Part shown: positions 46,969-56,112 of the stretch, piece after piece
How positions within the stretch are numbered: the stretch's first letter is position 1
Layout: every line of letters begins with the position of its first letter
IMG/VR virus record: IMGVR_UViG_3300020057_001228
Coordinates: 64,001-128,000 of that record
Direction: 5' to 3' (one strand)
From: a virus
Lineage: Duplodnaviria; Heunggongvirae; Uroviricota; Caudoviricetes
Length of the DNA stretch: 64,000 nt
Notes under the pieces: generated by a model
Database searches by the model: none
The model's input: the letters and a program-made list of their open reading frames with translations, nothing else
Told to the model about the DNA's origin: nothing
Position numbers and translations under genes: made by a program

Positions 46969-48042
46969 TTACCCCCTAAGGATCTTGTGTAGATCGGGGT
47001 GGCATACATCTAAGTACTTACATACTCTGGTAGCTTCAGCCATACTCTTAGCTCCACCTAGGCAAGGTGAACCAAACTCAGTTGGGCTACGCTTACAGTG
47101 GTTCCCACTCTTAGCACTCGTAATAGAGTCCTCAAAGCGGTTGACTGCATCTTTAACGATGTCCCAGTTGATAGGGGCAAGCGTTGTCTTACCAGACCTA
47201 AGGTGGTTGATACCAATGTAGTAAGGCTTCTCACCAAACACTGCTTCGTAAGCAAACGCGTAGAGTAAGAGCTGATCCCAGTACATGACCGTGAGAACGT
47301 CTGGTGCTTCCCCAGAGCTGGTCTTATGATCGATGATAGCAATCTGGTCGTTGACCACTGCTACAAGGTCAGCAAAGCCATTCAGGTAGTCTTTAGTTCT
47401 CGGTAGGATTACAGGGTTCCTGATCTCACCGTTCCAACGGTTAGAGTCTGGATCCTTTACCTTCTCTGAGAATGAGAGCTCTACGTTCTTGACTTCTGTA
47501 AGCCCAGGGATCTCTTCGTAGTTCTCAAGCAGTTGGTTTGTTTCTGCATAGCAATCTACCAGGCTGATGCCCTTTAGATCTTCAGTGCGTTTATCAACCT
47601 GCCTGTCGATGTAGGCTTTGCGTTCGTCTAAGCCAAGCTTCTCTGCCTCTTTCTTGTAGATTGAGGTCATAGAAGCATTCTTAGGGATGCTGCCATCCTT
47701 TGTTCTTATCTGTAGCTTTGGGTCTTGACACTTGGTCGAAGCTCTCCAAGCTAACTGAGAGAGGTCTGTACTAAGATCATTGATCCTACCAAAGACATCC
47801 CCAAGGTCCCGTTCTTCAAAGAACCTAGACCATGCCCCCTGAAGGGACTTGTGCGGGTGATCCGCTTTACCCTCGTAGAAATCTTCGAGGGCACTATGTA
47901 CCATAGTTCCGATAAGCGTATGTATGTTTGTATCGCTACGGTACATACTCATTGTGTAATGTAGATGATACATCTCTGTGCAACGCGCAAAGGTCTGTAC
48001 CTTGGAAACCGAATAGAAGCCTTTGTTATCAGCCACGAGCAT
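46969..48042 (-). CDS. PD-(D/E)xK exonuclease, Cas4/RecB/AddB-like
   Basis: 'YSVSKVQTFARC', 'GTMVHSALE', 'LNGFADLV', 'IIDHKTS', 'QLLLYA', and C-terminal cysteines 'PC...CKYLDVC'. Confidence 0.85.
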   Translation of the reverse strand: MLVADNKGFYSVSKVQTFARCTEMYHLHYTMSMYRSDTNIHTLIGTMVHSALEDFYEGKADHPHKSLQGAWSRFFEERDLGDVFGRINDLSTDLSQLAWRASTKCQDPKLQIRTKDGSIPKNASMTSIYKKEAEKLGLDERKAYIDRQVDKRTEDLKGISLVDCYAETNQLLENYEEIPGLTEVKNVELSFSEKVKDPDSNRWNGEIRNPVILPRTKDYLNGFADLVAVVNDQIAIIDHKTSSGEAPDVLTVMYWDQLLLYAFAYEAVFGEKPYYIGINHLRSGKTTLAPINWDIVKDAVNRFEDSITSAKSGNHCKRSPTEFGSPCLGGAKSMAEATRVCKYLDVCHPDLHKILRG

Positions 48043-48535
48043 TGTCCTCGCTAACGAAGATCAGACTGCAAGATTCACACTTGTATGAATACAAGTTTAG
48101 CACTGCATGGGGCTGCTTAACAACCTCGTGAGCACATCGTGGGCATGCCCACAGTGATGAATCCCTGGTCCTTAGGAATGCCTTAGCTAGAATAGCTAAC
48201 CATACCTCCAATGTGACTGTTACAAACGATCCACGCTCGTTCCCACTCTTTGTATGCATGACACCGAAGTTACCTTCAGTACCCTTTACATACCGTTCAT
48301 CTATTTCTTCTTTGAAAACAGTGTGATGCCCCCAGCCACCATGACGATACTTCATATCGAGCATCATGTTAGGGAGTTCAGGAACAGTGACATCAGGACG
48401 GGATGCCCCAAAGTCACTGCCCCTGGTAATTCTCTTTGCCTTTCCAAAGCCAGCTTTTCTATAAGCGCCTGCTATAGCACGCTCAAAGCCAGCCCAGGCC
48501 GTACTCTGTTTTCCAGAAGGGGTCTTGTGAGCCAT
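48029..48535 (-). CDS. Holliday junction resolvase-like nuclease with a C-terminal Zn ribbon
   Basis: 'FERAIA...RPDV...LDMKY' (E..PD..D/ExK) plus 'CPRC...CESC'. Confidence 0.7.
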   Translation of the reverse strand: MAHKTPSGKQSTAWAGFERAIAGAYRKAGFGKAKRITRGSDFGASRPDVTVPELPNMMLDMKYRHGGWGHHTVFKEEIDERYVKGTEGNFGVMHTKSGNERGSFVTVTLEVWLAILAKAFLRTRDSSLWACPRCAHEVVKQPHAVLNLYSYKCESCSLIFVSEDNARG

Positions 48536-48542
48536 ATATACC

Positions 48543-48592
48543 TGCTAGTGATGTGAACAATGTGGTATGTCTCACATCCTAAACAGCTAGCA
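48543..48592 (-). promoter_or_regulatory. intergenic compound stem-loop upstream of the resolvase
   Basis: Nested inverted repeats TGCTAG/CTAGCA, GATGTGA/TCACATC and ACA/TGT. An SD-like AGGTG follows the stem on the - strand. Confidence 0.5.
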
Positions 48593-48596
48593 CAAA

Positions 48597-48962
48597 TTAG
48601 TCAACCAACGGTGTCCATAATTCATCTCTGATCTCTTGGTACATGCCTAGGTAATCCCCAAACTCACCAGGACTCTGAGAGAAGAAGTCTAGCGCCTTAT
48701 TGAGCCGCTCATGACGTTTAAACTGAGAGAAGCCATTAAGCTCCAGCAGTTGATCCATAGCACCCATTAACTCTATGTAGTCTGTACATATCTCTTCTGG
48801 AGTAGCTACCTTCTCAGAGATGTTCAGCTCTGTAGCACGTTGAATCAGATCATCGATCCTCTTTAACCTGCTTGGCTGAGAAGCATCCTCGAATTCAGCT
48901 ACGTCCTTCTTGAGCATCTGACTGTAGATTTGTGTTAGCTTTAGCAACTTGTCGTCTACCAC
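48597..48962 (-). CDS. hypothetical helical protein
   Basis: GTG start with GAGG SD. Confidence 0.6.
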   Translation of the reverse strand: MVDDKLLKLTQIYSQMLKKDVAEFEDASQPSRLKRIDDLIQRATELNISEKVATPEEICTDYIELMGAMDQLLELNGFSQFKRHERLNKALDFFSQSPGEFGDYLGMYQEIRDELWTPLVD

Positions 48963-49161
48963 TGATCGTCCTCGCATACCTGTTTAACCAGGTTCCTTGT
49001 TCTATGATTCTGTCTGCAAATGTTTTTATTTCGGTTCTAAAGGTGGTGTTCGTGATTGGGTTCATAGAGTACGTAATGTGTAGGATCGTACTGTACGGTA
49101 ACTCCAACCGGTTGTAGGTGAGGTCATCTAATCCTTTAAGTTGGGATGTTAGATCGTGCAT
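48895..49161 (-). CDS. hypothetical protein
   Basis: 88-aa ORF overlapping its neighbours. Confidence 0.45.
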   Translation of the reverse strand: MHDLTSQLKGLDDLTYNRLELPYSTILHITYSMNPITNTTFRTEIKTFADRIIEQGTWLNRYARTISGRRQVAKANTNLQSDAQEGRS

Positions 49162-49339
49162 CTGCTATCTCATAAGCGCTACGTAGAAGGTGGCAGTAGG
49201 GTATCAGCAGTTCTGTGTATCCTACTGCCTCGTGTGGTAAGTATGTTTCTTCGTCTAGGAAGTGATCTAGGTCCAGTAACCTGTATCGTACTGGACCAGA
49301 GAGGCTACGCGCCTGGGTGGTGATAAGAGCCAGCCTCAT
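49136..49339 (-). CDS. hypothetical protein
   Basis: Fills the gap between neighbours; start uncertain. Confidence 0.4.
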   Translation of the reverse strand: MRLALITTQARSLSGPVRYRLLDLDHFLDEETYLPHEAVGYTELLIPYCHLLRSAYEIADARSNIPT

Positions 49340-49517
49340 GGATGTTCTCTTTCCACACAGACTCAAGGACCTCCTCTTGAGTCTTCGGCTGGGTTAGTTC
49401 TTGTGAAGGTTGGGTTCCTGAGGTTGAATGATACTGACAAGCTTGATGAACTGGAGGTGTCTCCCGCTTCTCATCGTCTTCATCCTTCTTACCAAGAATC
49501 CATTTTAGTATGTTCAT
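49305..49517 (-). CDS. hypothetical protein
   Basis: GGGAG SD; 70 aa. Confidence 0.55.
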   Translation of the reverse strand: MNILKWILGKKDEDDEKRETPPVHQACQYHSTSGTQPSQELTQPKTQEEVLESVWKENIHEAGSYHHPGA

Positions 49518-49526
49518 TAGTGCTCC

Positions 49527-51344
49527 CTATAATCCAAACAGCTCTGCTAGCTCTTGAGCCCCGTTAGGTGTCAACTCACCGAGAACACCAGCAGACTCAT
49601 CTCTATTAGAGGCGAATATGGATAGTGTGCCCATGGCCCGTGTGACAGCTACGTATAGCAGACGGTATTCTTCAGGCTGGTTATCTTTCAAAGGGAAGGT
49701 CTTCCTACCCACATTCCAGACACCAACGTGTGGCCACTCAAGTCCCTTTGACTTGTGAACAGTGATGATGGTAACACCTTCACCCTTGCTCTTGGGCCTG
49801 TTGTTGTAGAAGCTCCATAGCTCATCACCTGTTTTGAACTTATCCAACCAGTTCATTAGCGCGACCTGCATGCTTCGATATTCGAATTCTACATCAGGAT
49901 CACCACTACAATGGTCTAGCCACTTCTTCTTGAGAACGTGGCCGATAAGCTCGGAACAAATGACGTCAGGGCGTTCTGTCTTCATCCTAGGAACCATACG
50001 CTCCAAGAACTCTTTCATACGCCACCAGATGTTTCGTTGAGATTCTGCTTTGAGATACTTCGCGGGGAACTTACTCCACGGTGCTTCAGGATCAGTCTTG
50101 AAGGCTTGTTCGATAGACTCTACGCTTAGGTACTTATAGACCCTTCCCATCGAGACCCAGTCCTCAAGGTTACCCTCGTAAAGGAACCTATAGTAACTCA
50201 TGAAGTCATCGATAACTGGGTGGTCAAAGAAGGAGCCGTTAGTACAGTGATAGGGTATGCCAGCTGTAGAGAGTTGTATCTCAAGAGGTAAGATGTGGGA
50301 CCTAGCCCTATAGAGGATGGCTACATCGGTTAGAGGTACACCACTGTCGATCAGCCCCTGTAACCAGAACGAGACGTCGTCTTGGTTCTTGTACAAGGCT
50401 ACGGGATCTCCAGGCTGTTCACCATTAGGCTCTAACCTCATATCGGTTTCCATGATTGGGAGAGCTAAGATCTTGTTTGCTAACTCAAGGATAGGTTCTT
50501 TGGATCTATAGTTGATGTCTAGTACGTAGTCAGTAGCGTTGTAGTCTTCTGGGATAGATCTGAACCGTTCTGGGTTTGCTGCGCTAAATGCATAAATGCA
50601 TTGGCTCTCATCACCAACAATGGTGGTGCTCTCTGCATACTGGACGATTCTCTTTACGAAGGCATGCTGTGATGTAGATAGATCTTGTGCTTCGTCTACG
50701 AGAAGGTGTTTGTAGTAGAGCTCTTCATACGTCTCATTGGGTAGCTCTAGAGCTAGAGATATCATGTCCTGGAATAAGACTGTAGATGAGGCTCTGCGCG
50801 CTCTACGTAGGTGCATAGATAGAAGGACTAGTGCTTCGTTACCCTGTTGTTCCATCAGCTTTTCCATCGGCATAGTCCACGAAGGCATCTCTGCGAAGTT
50901 CGTAGACATAGCACTCTGGCGCCAACTATCAGCAGCAAGGAAAGCCTTCATTTGTGATTCCTGTAATTGGAATCCATTCTGCTTGGCTACGATGATGCTG
51001 TCTTTGATTACCTTCCACTCGGGAGGCATAGGCTTTGGTAGGGTGGGCATGCCTAAGAGCTTATGGTTTGCTTTGAGCAACCCGTTAGCCAGGCCGTAAC
51101 TAGTGAAGACAGATATGGCTGCTGATACCCACGGATCGGGTATTCTCTGCACCTTATCTCTAAACTCATCTGCTACTGTGTTGTTGAAGGCAATGCATAC
51201 AATGCGGCCTGGAGACTCCTTATGGAGGTGCTCAGAGCGCTTCAGTAGTACAGTTGACTTCCCAGACCCAGCGGTAGCACGGACGCGTATAACACCTGTA
51301 ACAGGTGCTTCAACTGCCGCCTTCTGCTTCGAATTGAGCTCCAA
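49527..51344 (-). CDS. UvrD/PcrA/Rep-family SF1 helicase
   Basis: 'LNSKQKAAV', 'ATAGSGKST', 'LLVDEAQD', 'VGDESQCIYAF', 'NYRS', 'TVHKSKGLEW', 'EEYRLLYVAVTRA'. Confidence 0.95.
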   Translation of the reverse strand: MELNSKQKAAVEAPVTGVIRVRATAGSGKSTVLLKRSEHLHKESPGRIVCIAFNNTVADEFRDKVQRIPDPWVSAAISVFTSYGLANGLLKANHKLLGMPTLPKPMPPEWKVIKDSIIVAKQNGFQLQESQMKAFLAADSWRQSAMSTNFAEMPSWTMPMEKLMEQQGNEALVLLSMHLRRARRASSTVLFQDMISLALELPNETYEELYYKHLLVDEAQDLSTSQHAFVKRIVQYAESTTIVGDESQCIYAFSAANPERFRSIPEDYNATDYVLDINYRSKEPILELANKILALPIMETDMRLEPNGEQPGDPVALYKNQDDVSFWLQGLIDSGVPLTDVAILYRARSHILPLEIQLSTAGIPYHCTNGSFFDHPVIDDFMSYYRFLYEGNLEDWVSMGRVYKYLSVESIEQAFKTDPEAPWSKFPAKYLKAESQRNIWWRMKEFLERMVPRMKTERPDVICSELIGHVLKKKWLDHCSGDPDVEFEYRSMQVALMNWLDKFKTGDELWSFYNNRPKSKGEGVTIITVHKSKGLEWPHVGVWNVGRKTFPLKDNQPEEYRLLYVAVTRAMGTLSIFASNRDESAGVLGELTPNGAQELAELFGL

Positions 51345-52047
51345 CGTTTTCCTCGTCGTCTAACCATACACCAGGTTCCAGCCAGGCTGGTTTAACCATA
51401 TCGGTGTACTTCATATATTTCTCGTAGTGTACTTGAAGCACACGTTTGAGATAATGCCTACGGTGAACTCCATAGATTGGCCCTAGCTTCAACAGCACTG
51501 TTAGATGCTCTAGAGTAGGGTAACCTTTGTTCCTATCAAAGCCAAAGATAGGGAACTCTTTGTTGATCTCTATCATGTAACTGTCACGAGTATGTTTTGC
51601 CATAACGCTAGCTACAGAGACCGGTAAATAGTTCAAGTCAGCTTTTGGTATAGCTATCTGTTCGACTTCAGATGGTAGGTTAGGCAGCACATGTACGCCA
51701 TCTACAATCACTGTTATCTCATCGAACCTAGCACCAAGCTGGTTAATGATAACCAGTATAGCTGTCCTAGCTGCTTTGAATTGCGCATCCAGAGGAGACA
51801 TACTATCGATCTCCTGAGGAGTGACAGAAGCGCAGGACCACTCTACACCGAGTTCGGTCCCACGTTTGTGTAACTCCTGATACAGGCGTCTTCGATCTGG
51901 CTCCTTGAGCTTCTTTGAATCGGTGAAGCCCCATGACTTCAACTCTTCCCATTGCTCAGGTGGTATGTAACAGGCACCTATAGTAACTGGACCTGATATA
52001 GCTCCAGTACCAACCTCGTCAGTACCAATGATATATTTCCTAGTCAT
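51310..52047 (-). CDS. type-2 ribonuclease H (RNase HII-like with an HIII-like DEVGTG motif)
   Basis: 'GTDEVGTGAISGPV', 'DSKKL', 'VIVDG', 'VASVMAKHTRD', 'NKGYPTLEH', 'HR'. Confidence 0.9.
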   Translation of the reverse strand: MTRKYIIGTDEVGTGAISGPVTIGACYIPPEQWEELKSWGFTDSKKLKEPDRRRLYQELHKRGTELGVEWSCASVTPQEIDSMSPLDAQFKAARTAILVIINQLGARFDEITVIVDGVHVLPNLPSEVEQIAIPKADLNYLPVSVASVMAKHTRDSYMIEINKEFPIFGFDRNKGYPTLEHLTVLLKLGPIYGVHRRHYLKRVLQVHYEKYMKYTDMVKPAWLEPGVWLDDEENVGAQFEAEGGS

Positions 52048-52444
52048 CAGAGAGCTGCCCTACCTGATAAGATACAGATGACGACTCTGGATCTCCTACA
52101 CCAAAGTTTGGTTCCTTGGCACCAAAGATCCTAAGGACGCTAGATCCATCAGGCTTGCGGAAGAACGTTTCCTCTGCGTTGTTAACTACATATCTACTAC
52201 CACTGACTACGATGTCGCCAGTAGGTAAGGTCTTCACCTTACTACCAAAGCCATCTTTTATCTCGATAGTCCCATCCCCAGAGAAGACTAGATACGCTCC
52301 TGTGCCTGTATGTACAAGGCATACTGAGTACGTACCATCATCCTCCTGCTTGACCATAGTCTTAAAGACTTGGCTAGGATCTACCTCAGGTGTTAGCGGT
52401 CTACCGTCCGGTCCAACTAATGCCACTGGACACACTCCTATCAT
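52040..52444 (-). CDS. hypothetical protein with spike-like beta repeats
   Basis: 'CLVHTGTGAYLVFSGDGTIEIKDGFGSKVKTLPTGDIVVSG' resembles the gp5/gpV beta-strand region. Start uncertain (52444 or 52495). Confidence 0.45.
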   Translation of the reverse strand: MIGVCPVALVGPDGRPLTPEVDPSQVFKTMVKQEDDGTYSVCLVHTGTGAYLVFSGDGTIEIKDGFGSKVKTLPTGDIVVSGSRYVVNNAEETFFRKPDGSSVLRIFGAKEPNFGVGDPESSSVSYQVGQLSDD

Positions 52445-53636
52445 TACCAGATACAACACTAAGCAGGTAATCGATTGACACTCTAGGCCAGCCAACCTTC
52501 TTACTGAAGTATTGTACCCAGCGTTCTGGGTCTGGTGTGGAGCTAAGAACTTCTGCTATCTGATAATGAGTATTGATTGAGGTGCTTAAGGAATCGATGA
52601 CGAGCTGAATGGCTGGTTTAGCGTTAGCTTTCACCATATCCATGAACTGCTCGCTAGATGGTTTGTGTTTCAGATACCATTCATTGGTATCCATCTTCTC
52701 TTCACCAGGCTCTTTGGGTAAGGTTACATTGTAGACTTCTGTGTTAGGTAGCTTCGACTGCATTCTAGCCAGCTCTTGGACTACCTTATCCTGCGATGCA
52801 GAATCATTGTCCATCATTATATATAGACGCTTGATCCTTTTTAGCTTGTAAGCATGGATATGGAATCCCTGATTACCGATGGTAGCGAAGGAAGTAAACC
52901 CAAGCTGCCTAACGATAAGGCTATCTGGAATGCCCTCGTTGATGAATGCTGTGTCGATGTCTCTGGTGAGTTGATCTTCACCATATAGATACTGAGAGAT
53001 CGGGAAGCTGCCCATGGTGGTGTCCTTAGGTAGCTGTATGTACTTTACATCACTACGAAAGTCTAACCCCAATGTCCTACCCTGAAGATGGATGATGTTA
53101 CAACTCTGGTCATGGATTGCAAACATGATCCGATTAGCGAAGTATGGATCTCCATTACTACATAGAAGACCGACGCTCTTTAGATCGTCAATACTTATAT
53201 CAGGCGGAGTACCCATAGAGAAACCAATGTTCGCTTTGAACCAGGTCTCCTCGTTAATACCTCTATCCAGTAAGAACTTAGTAGCCTTACTGGAATAGCG
53301 GAGATTCCCTCGGTAGTCTGCCATAGCTTTAGAGAGTATCTCTATTCTCTTACTAGGTGGCTTCGTAGGGATGTTACCAAGGTTGGCCAGATGTTTGACT
53401 ATGTCAGCAAAGGAGAACTCCGGTCTCTCCATCTTCATCCACTCAAAGATGTCCCCACCTTTACCACAACGCCCGAAACACCTCCAGGTGTCATTGTTAT
53501 GATTAAGAGATAGGTCTTTGTCTTTGCTGCTATGGAAGGGGCACTCAGTACGGGTACGTGTGGTATTCGCCAAACGTGAGATCGGTACTGCGCCCCTGAT
53601 CCTATCAAGGAATGACTGGTCCAGGTTGGACTTCAT
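52401..53636 (-). CDS. dnaG: DnaG-type DNA primase
   Basis: CHC2 zinc finger 'CPFH...WRCFGRCGKGGD', 'FANRIMF', 'GRTL', 'KYIQ', TOPRIM 'INEGIPD' and 'MMDND', 'DTNE'. Confidence 0.93.
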   Translation of the reverse strand: MKSNLDQSFLDRIRGAVPISRLANTTRTRTECPFHSSKDKDLSLNHNNDTWRCFGRCGKGGDIFEWMKMERPEFSFADIVKHLANLGNIPTKPPSKRIEILSKAMADYRGNLRYSSKATKFLLDRGINEETWFKANIGFSMGTPPDISIDDLKSVGLLCSNGDPYFANRIMFAIHDQSCNIIHLQGRTLGLDFRSDVKYIQLPKDTTMGSFPISQYLYGEDQLTRDIDTAFINEGIPDSLIVRQLGFTSFATIGNQGFHIHAYKLKRIKRLYIMMDNDSASQDKVVQELARMQSKLPNTEVYNVTLPKEPGEEKMDTNEWYLKHKPSSEQFMDMVKANAKPAIQLVIDSLSTSINTHYQIAEVLSSTPDPERWVQYFSKKVGWPRVSIDYLLSVVSGNDRSVSSGISWTGR

Positions 53637-55101
53637 ACACGTATCCTGGGTACTTTTCATTGTAGTGATATCGCCGTGCGTATACTTGATCCTGTAGGTA
53701 ACAAGATTCAAGATCGCAGATATCTATAATCAAAGCTTCATCCTTACCCTCGTAGGTTCTAAGGACTCTACCAGCTCTCTGTACAGTCTGGATACCAGAC
53801 CTACCAGCACCAGCTACTACAACGGTTCTCAAACGCTTGATGTTGATACCCGTCACCCAGATTACAGAGGCGACTACAATGTCGATCTCCCCAGTGGCTA
53901 CCTTGTCTTTGACCTCTTTACGCTTATCAGTCTTAGTATCACCATTGATAAGCACGCATGAATCAGAGACTGCCTTAAGAGCCAAGTAGAGTGACTTCCC
54001 ATGGTCTATCCGATCAAACAAAACTAGCACTGGGCCAGCCTCATTCTCTAGACACTTTTTTACCTGGAAGGCAATGTACTCGGTTCTTTCCGTGTTAGTC
54101 GTAACAGCCTGGTTGTACACTTCAGAGAAGGCAGGCTTAGCCCCTTTTACTCTATAGCTCTTGTGGTCGAACATGTGGAGTTCTACTCTAGGTTTGCACA
54201 AGAACCCATCGTCTATTAGACGTGATGGACTTATGCTAAGCCTACTAGGCCCAAGGATGCCCTCCATGACCATCTCTGCCCCATCCTCTCGTCTGAGAGT
54301 AGCAGTGAAGCCGTAACGCCTTACAGCATTAGGTACCATGTAGCTAACGATCTGATATGACTCAGCAGCAGCTCCATGGCATTCATCTACGATCCACATC
54401 TTTGTACCGTGTAGCCAAGCTAGTCTTTCGACTAGACCCTTATCTGCAACATCATATACGAGACGCTTTGATCGCTTCTCGATACCTATGTCGTGCACTA
54501 GGCTTTGTATCGTACACACTGTGATGCGGTTCGAGGTATCTTTTTCACCATCACCATAGATACCAACCTTCTCTCCAGTAAACCTAGAGAGTTCATCTCT
54601 AGTTTGGAAGAGTAGATCTAACGATGGAACAGTGATCAGAACCTTGAGGTCTTTGTTCCTCATACATACTTCAGATATGCAGACTGTCTTGCCACCACCG
54701 GTTGGTACTTCTACCATGCCATTGGAGTGAGCTAACAGAGACTTCACGACTTCCTTCTGATAATCATAGAGAGATTCAATCTGAATATCCTCTACCATCT
54801 CAGGTATGTTGAGTTCACACTGAAGAGTTGCATCAGGGTATAGGTTAGTAACAGCTGTCATGAGCCCTGCTGGGAACTCCTTAGAGCGCCTATCGTAGAG
54901 CCTGACCTTAGGATCCCACCCAGGGATGTATCGCTTGTTGTAGACCATCCTACCGAGTCCTGGAGAGTAGATAAACTTCTGACCAAACGCAGCGTACTTA
55001 GCTCCGTCAGGTTCATAAGACATCATCTCGGCTAACGCTAAATCCGTGGCCTGGTCTGTACCATAGATCTTGGCTCTATGCCCGTTGAATATGATATGCA
55101 C
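53605..55101 (-). CDS. SF2 DExH helicase (UvsW/XPB-like)
   Basis: 'LYDYQ', 'VPTGGGKT', 'IVDECH', 'GFTATL.R.DG', 'TGINI', 'QRAGRVLR'. Confidence 0.92.
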   Translation of the reverse strand: MHIIFNGHRAKIYGTDQATDLALAEMMSYEPDGAKYAAFGQKFIYSPGLGRMVYNKRYIPGWDPKVRLYDRRSKEFPAGLMTAVTNLYPDATLQCELNIPEMVEDIQIESLYDYQKEVVKSLLAHSNGMVEVPTGGGKTVCISEVCMRNKDLKVLITVPSLDLLFQTRDELSRFTGEKVGIYGDGEKDTSNRITVCTIQSLVHDIGIEKRSKRLVYDVADKGLVERLAWLHGTKMWIVDECHGAAAESYQIVSYMVPNAVRRYGFTATLRREDGAEMVMEGILGPSRLSISPSRLIDDGFLCKPRVELHMFDHKSYRVKGAKPAFSEVYNQAVTTNTERTEYIAFQVKKCLENEAGPVLVLFDRIDHGKSLYLALKAVSDSCVLINGDTKTDKRKEVKDKVATGEIDIVVASVIWVTGINIKRLRTVVVAGAGRSGIQTVQRAGRVLRTYEGKDEALIIDICDLESCYLQDQVYARRYHYNEKYPGYVYEVQPGPVIP

Positions 55102-55118
55102 TATCGAAACCTCTATAG

Positions 55119-55165
55119 GTTAACAGATAGGAAGAGCGGACGTACCACTCCTCTTATCTATCAAC
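55119..55165 (-). promoter_or_regulatory. ~20-bp intergenic RNA hairpin with a UACGU loop
   Basis: Minus strand GTTGATAGATA-A-GAGGAGTGG-TACGT-CCGCTCTTC-C-TATCTGTTAAC pairs throughout, with G-U wobbles and one A-C mismatch. Confidence 0.65.
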
Positions 55166-55168
55166 TAA

Positions 55169-56107
55169 CTAGAATGGACCTTTCTTGCCTTTGGGAGCAG
55201 GAGCTTCCTCAGTGGCCTCTGCTGGTGCAGCTGCCTCTGGATTACCCTGGTTCTTACCGGACTCCAGGGCACCGTAGCTGCTTGAAATCACAGCCTGTTG
55301 CTCTGGTGTAGTTGGGGCCACCTCTGCGAACTTGAGGACATAGTACGGGGTACCAGCCTTAGTCTCAAGCTGCTCGATCTCGATGTCAGTCACCACCTGG
55401 AACGGGGCACTGATCCGGTACTTGTTCTTGATACGATCAACGTACTCATGGTACCGCTGTGCAGTAGCCTTAGTAACATTGATATATCCGATGAAAGGCT
55501 CAGCAATCTTCGTGCCGTTCTTCTGGGTAACGAGTACCTCAACACGACCAGTCTGGTTGCACTTCTTGAACCATTCGTCTTCATTCTCGTTCATGCATGA
55601 AACGCAAGAGAACGGGGTAGAGGCAAAGCTCTCAGTCCCGTCAGGGTTAACCGCAGTACCATTTCTGACAGCTTGCAGGTTGTAGCCCTTGATGAAGTTC
55701 CACTTGTTGTTACTAGGCATCATAGGATCACCTTCCTTGGTGACTGGTGCCTTGGTTACAGGGTCTACCCCAAAGGAGTAAGCCACTGAGCTGCAAGCAG
55801 GCCTCTTAGAACCCGCTGGCCAGTTGAGCATCCTGAAGTTGGAGCTCATGATAAGTACTCTCAGTACTTTAGCTGTATCCAGTCCAGTCTGGTCTGCAGC
55901 CTTCACGTAAACCTCATCAGGCTTACAGTACTGGAATTTGCCGTTGCCCTTGGTCATATTGATATTGACCTTACCTAGATTCTCATCGGACCTCCGAGGA
56001 GCCTTAGGCTTAGTCGTTTCTTCGATTTGAGCAGCGAATTCACCGATATCAAACCGTATGACATCTGCTACTGTGTTATCGATGGTGACCAAAGATGTGT
56101 CGGACAT
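55169..56107 (-). CDS. putative single-stranded DNA-binding/annealing protein
   Basis: Cys cluster (C...CxxC...C), OB-like C-terminal half and a low-complexity tail 'EATEEAPAPKGKKGPF'. Lies among replication genes. Confidence 0.55.
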   Translation of the reverse strand: MSDTSLVTIDNTVADVIRFDIGEFAAQIEETTKPKAPRRSDENLGKVNINMTKGNGKFQYCKPDEVYVKAADQTGLDTAKVLRVLIMSSNFRMLNWPAGSKRPACSSVAYSFGVDPVTKAPVTKEGDPMMPSNNKWNFIKGYNLQAVRNGTAVNPDGTESFASTPFSCVSCMNENEDEWFKKCNQTGRVEVLVTQKNGTKIAEPFIGYINVTKATAQRYHEYVDRIKNKYRISAPFQVVTDIEIEQLETKAGTPYYVLKFAEVAPTTPEQQAVISSSYGALESGKNQGNPEAAAPAEATEEAPAPKGKKGPF

Positions 56108-56112
56108 GTGTG

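Noticed and set aside
46969-48042. Cas4-like gene as evidence of a CRISPR-Cas locus
   Set aside because: No repeat-spacer array and no cas1/cas2 or effector genes in the window; the context is recombination.
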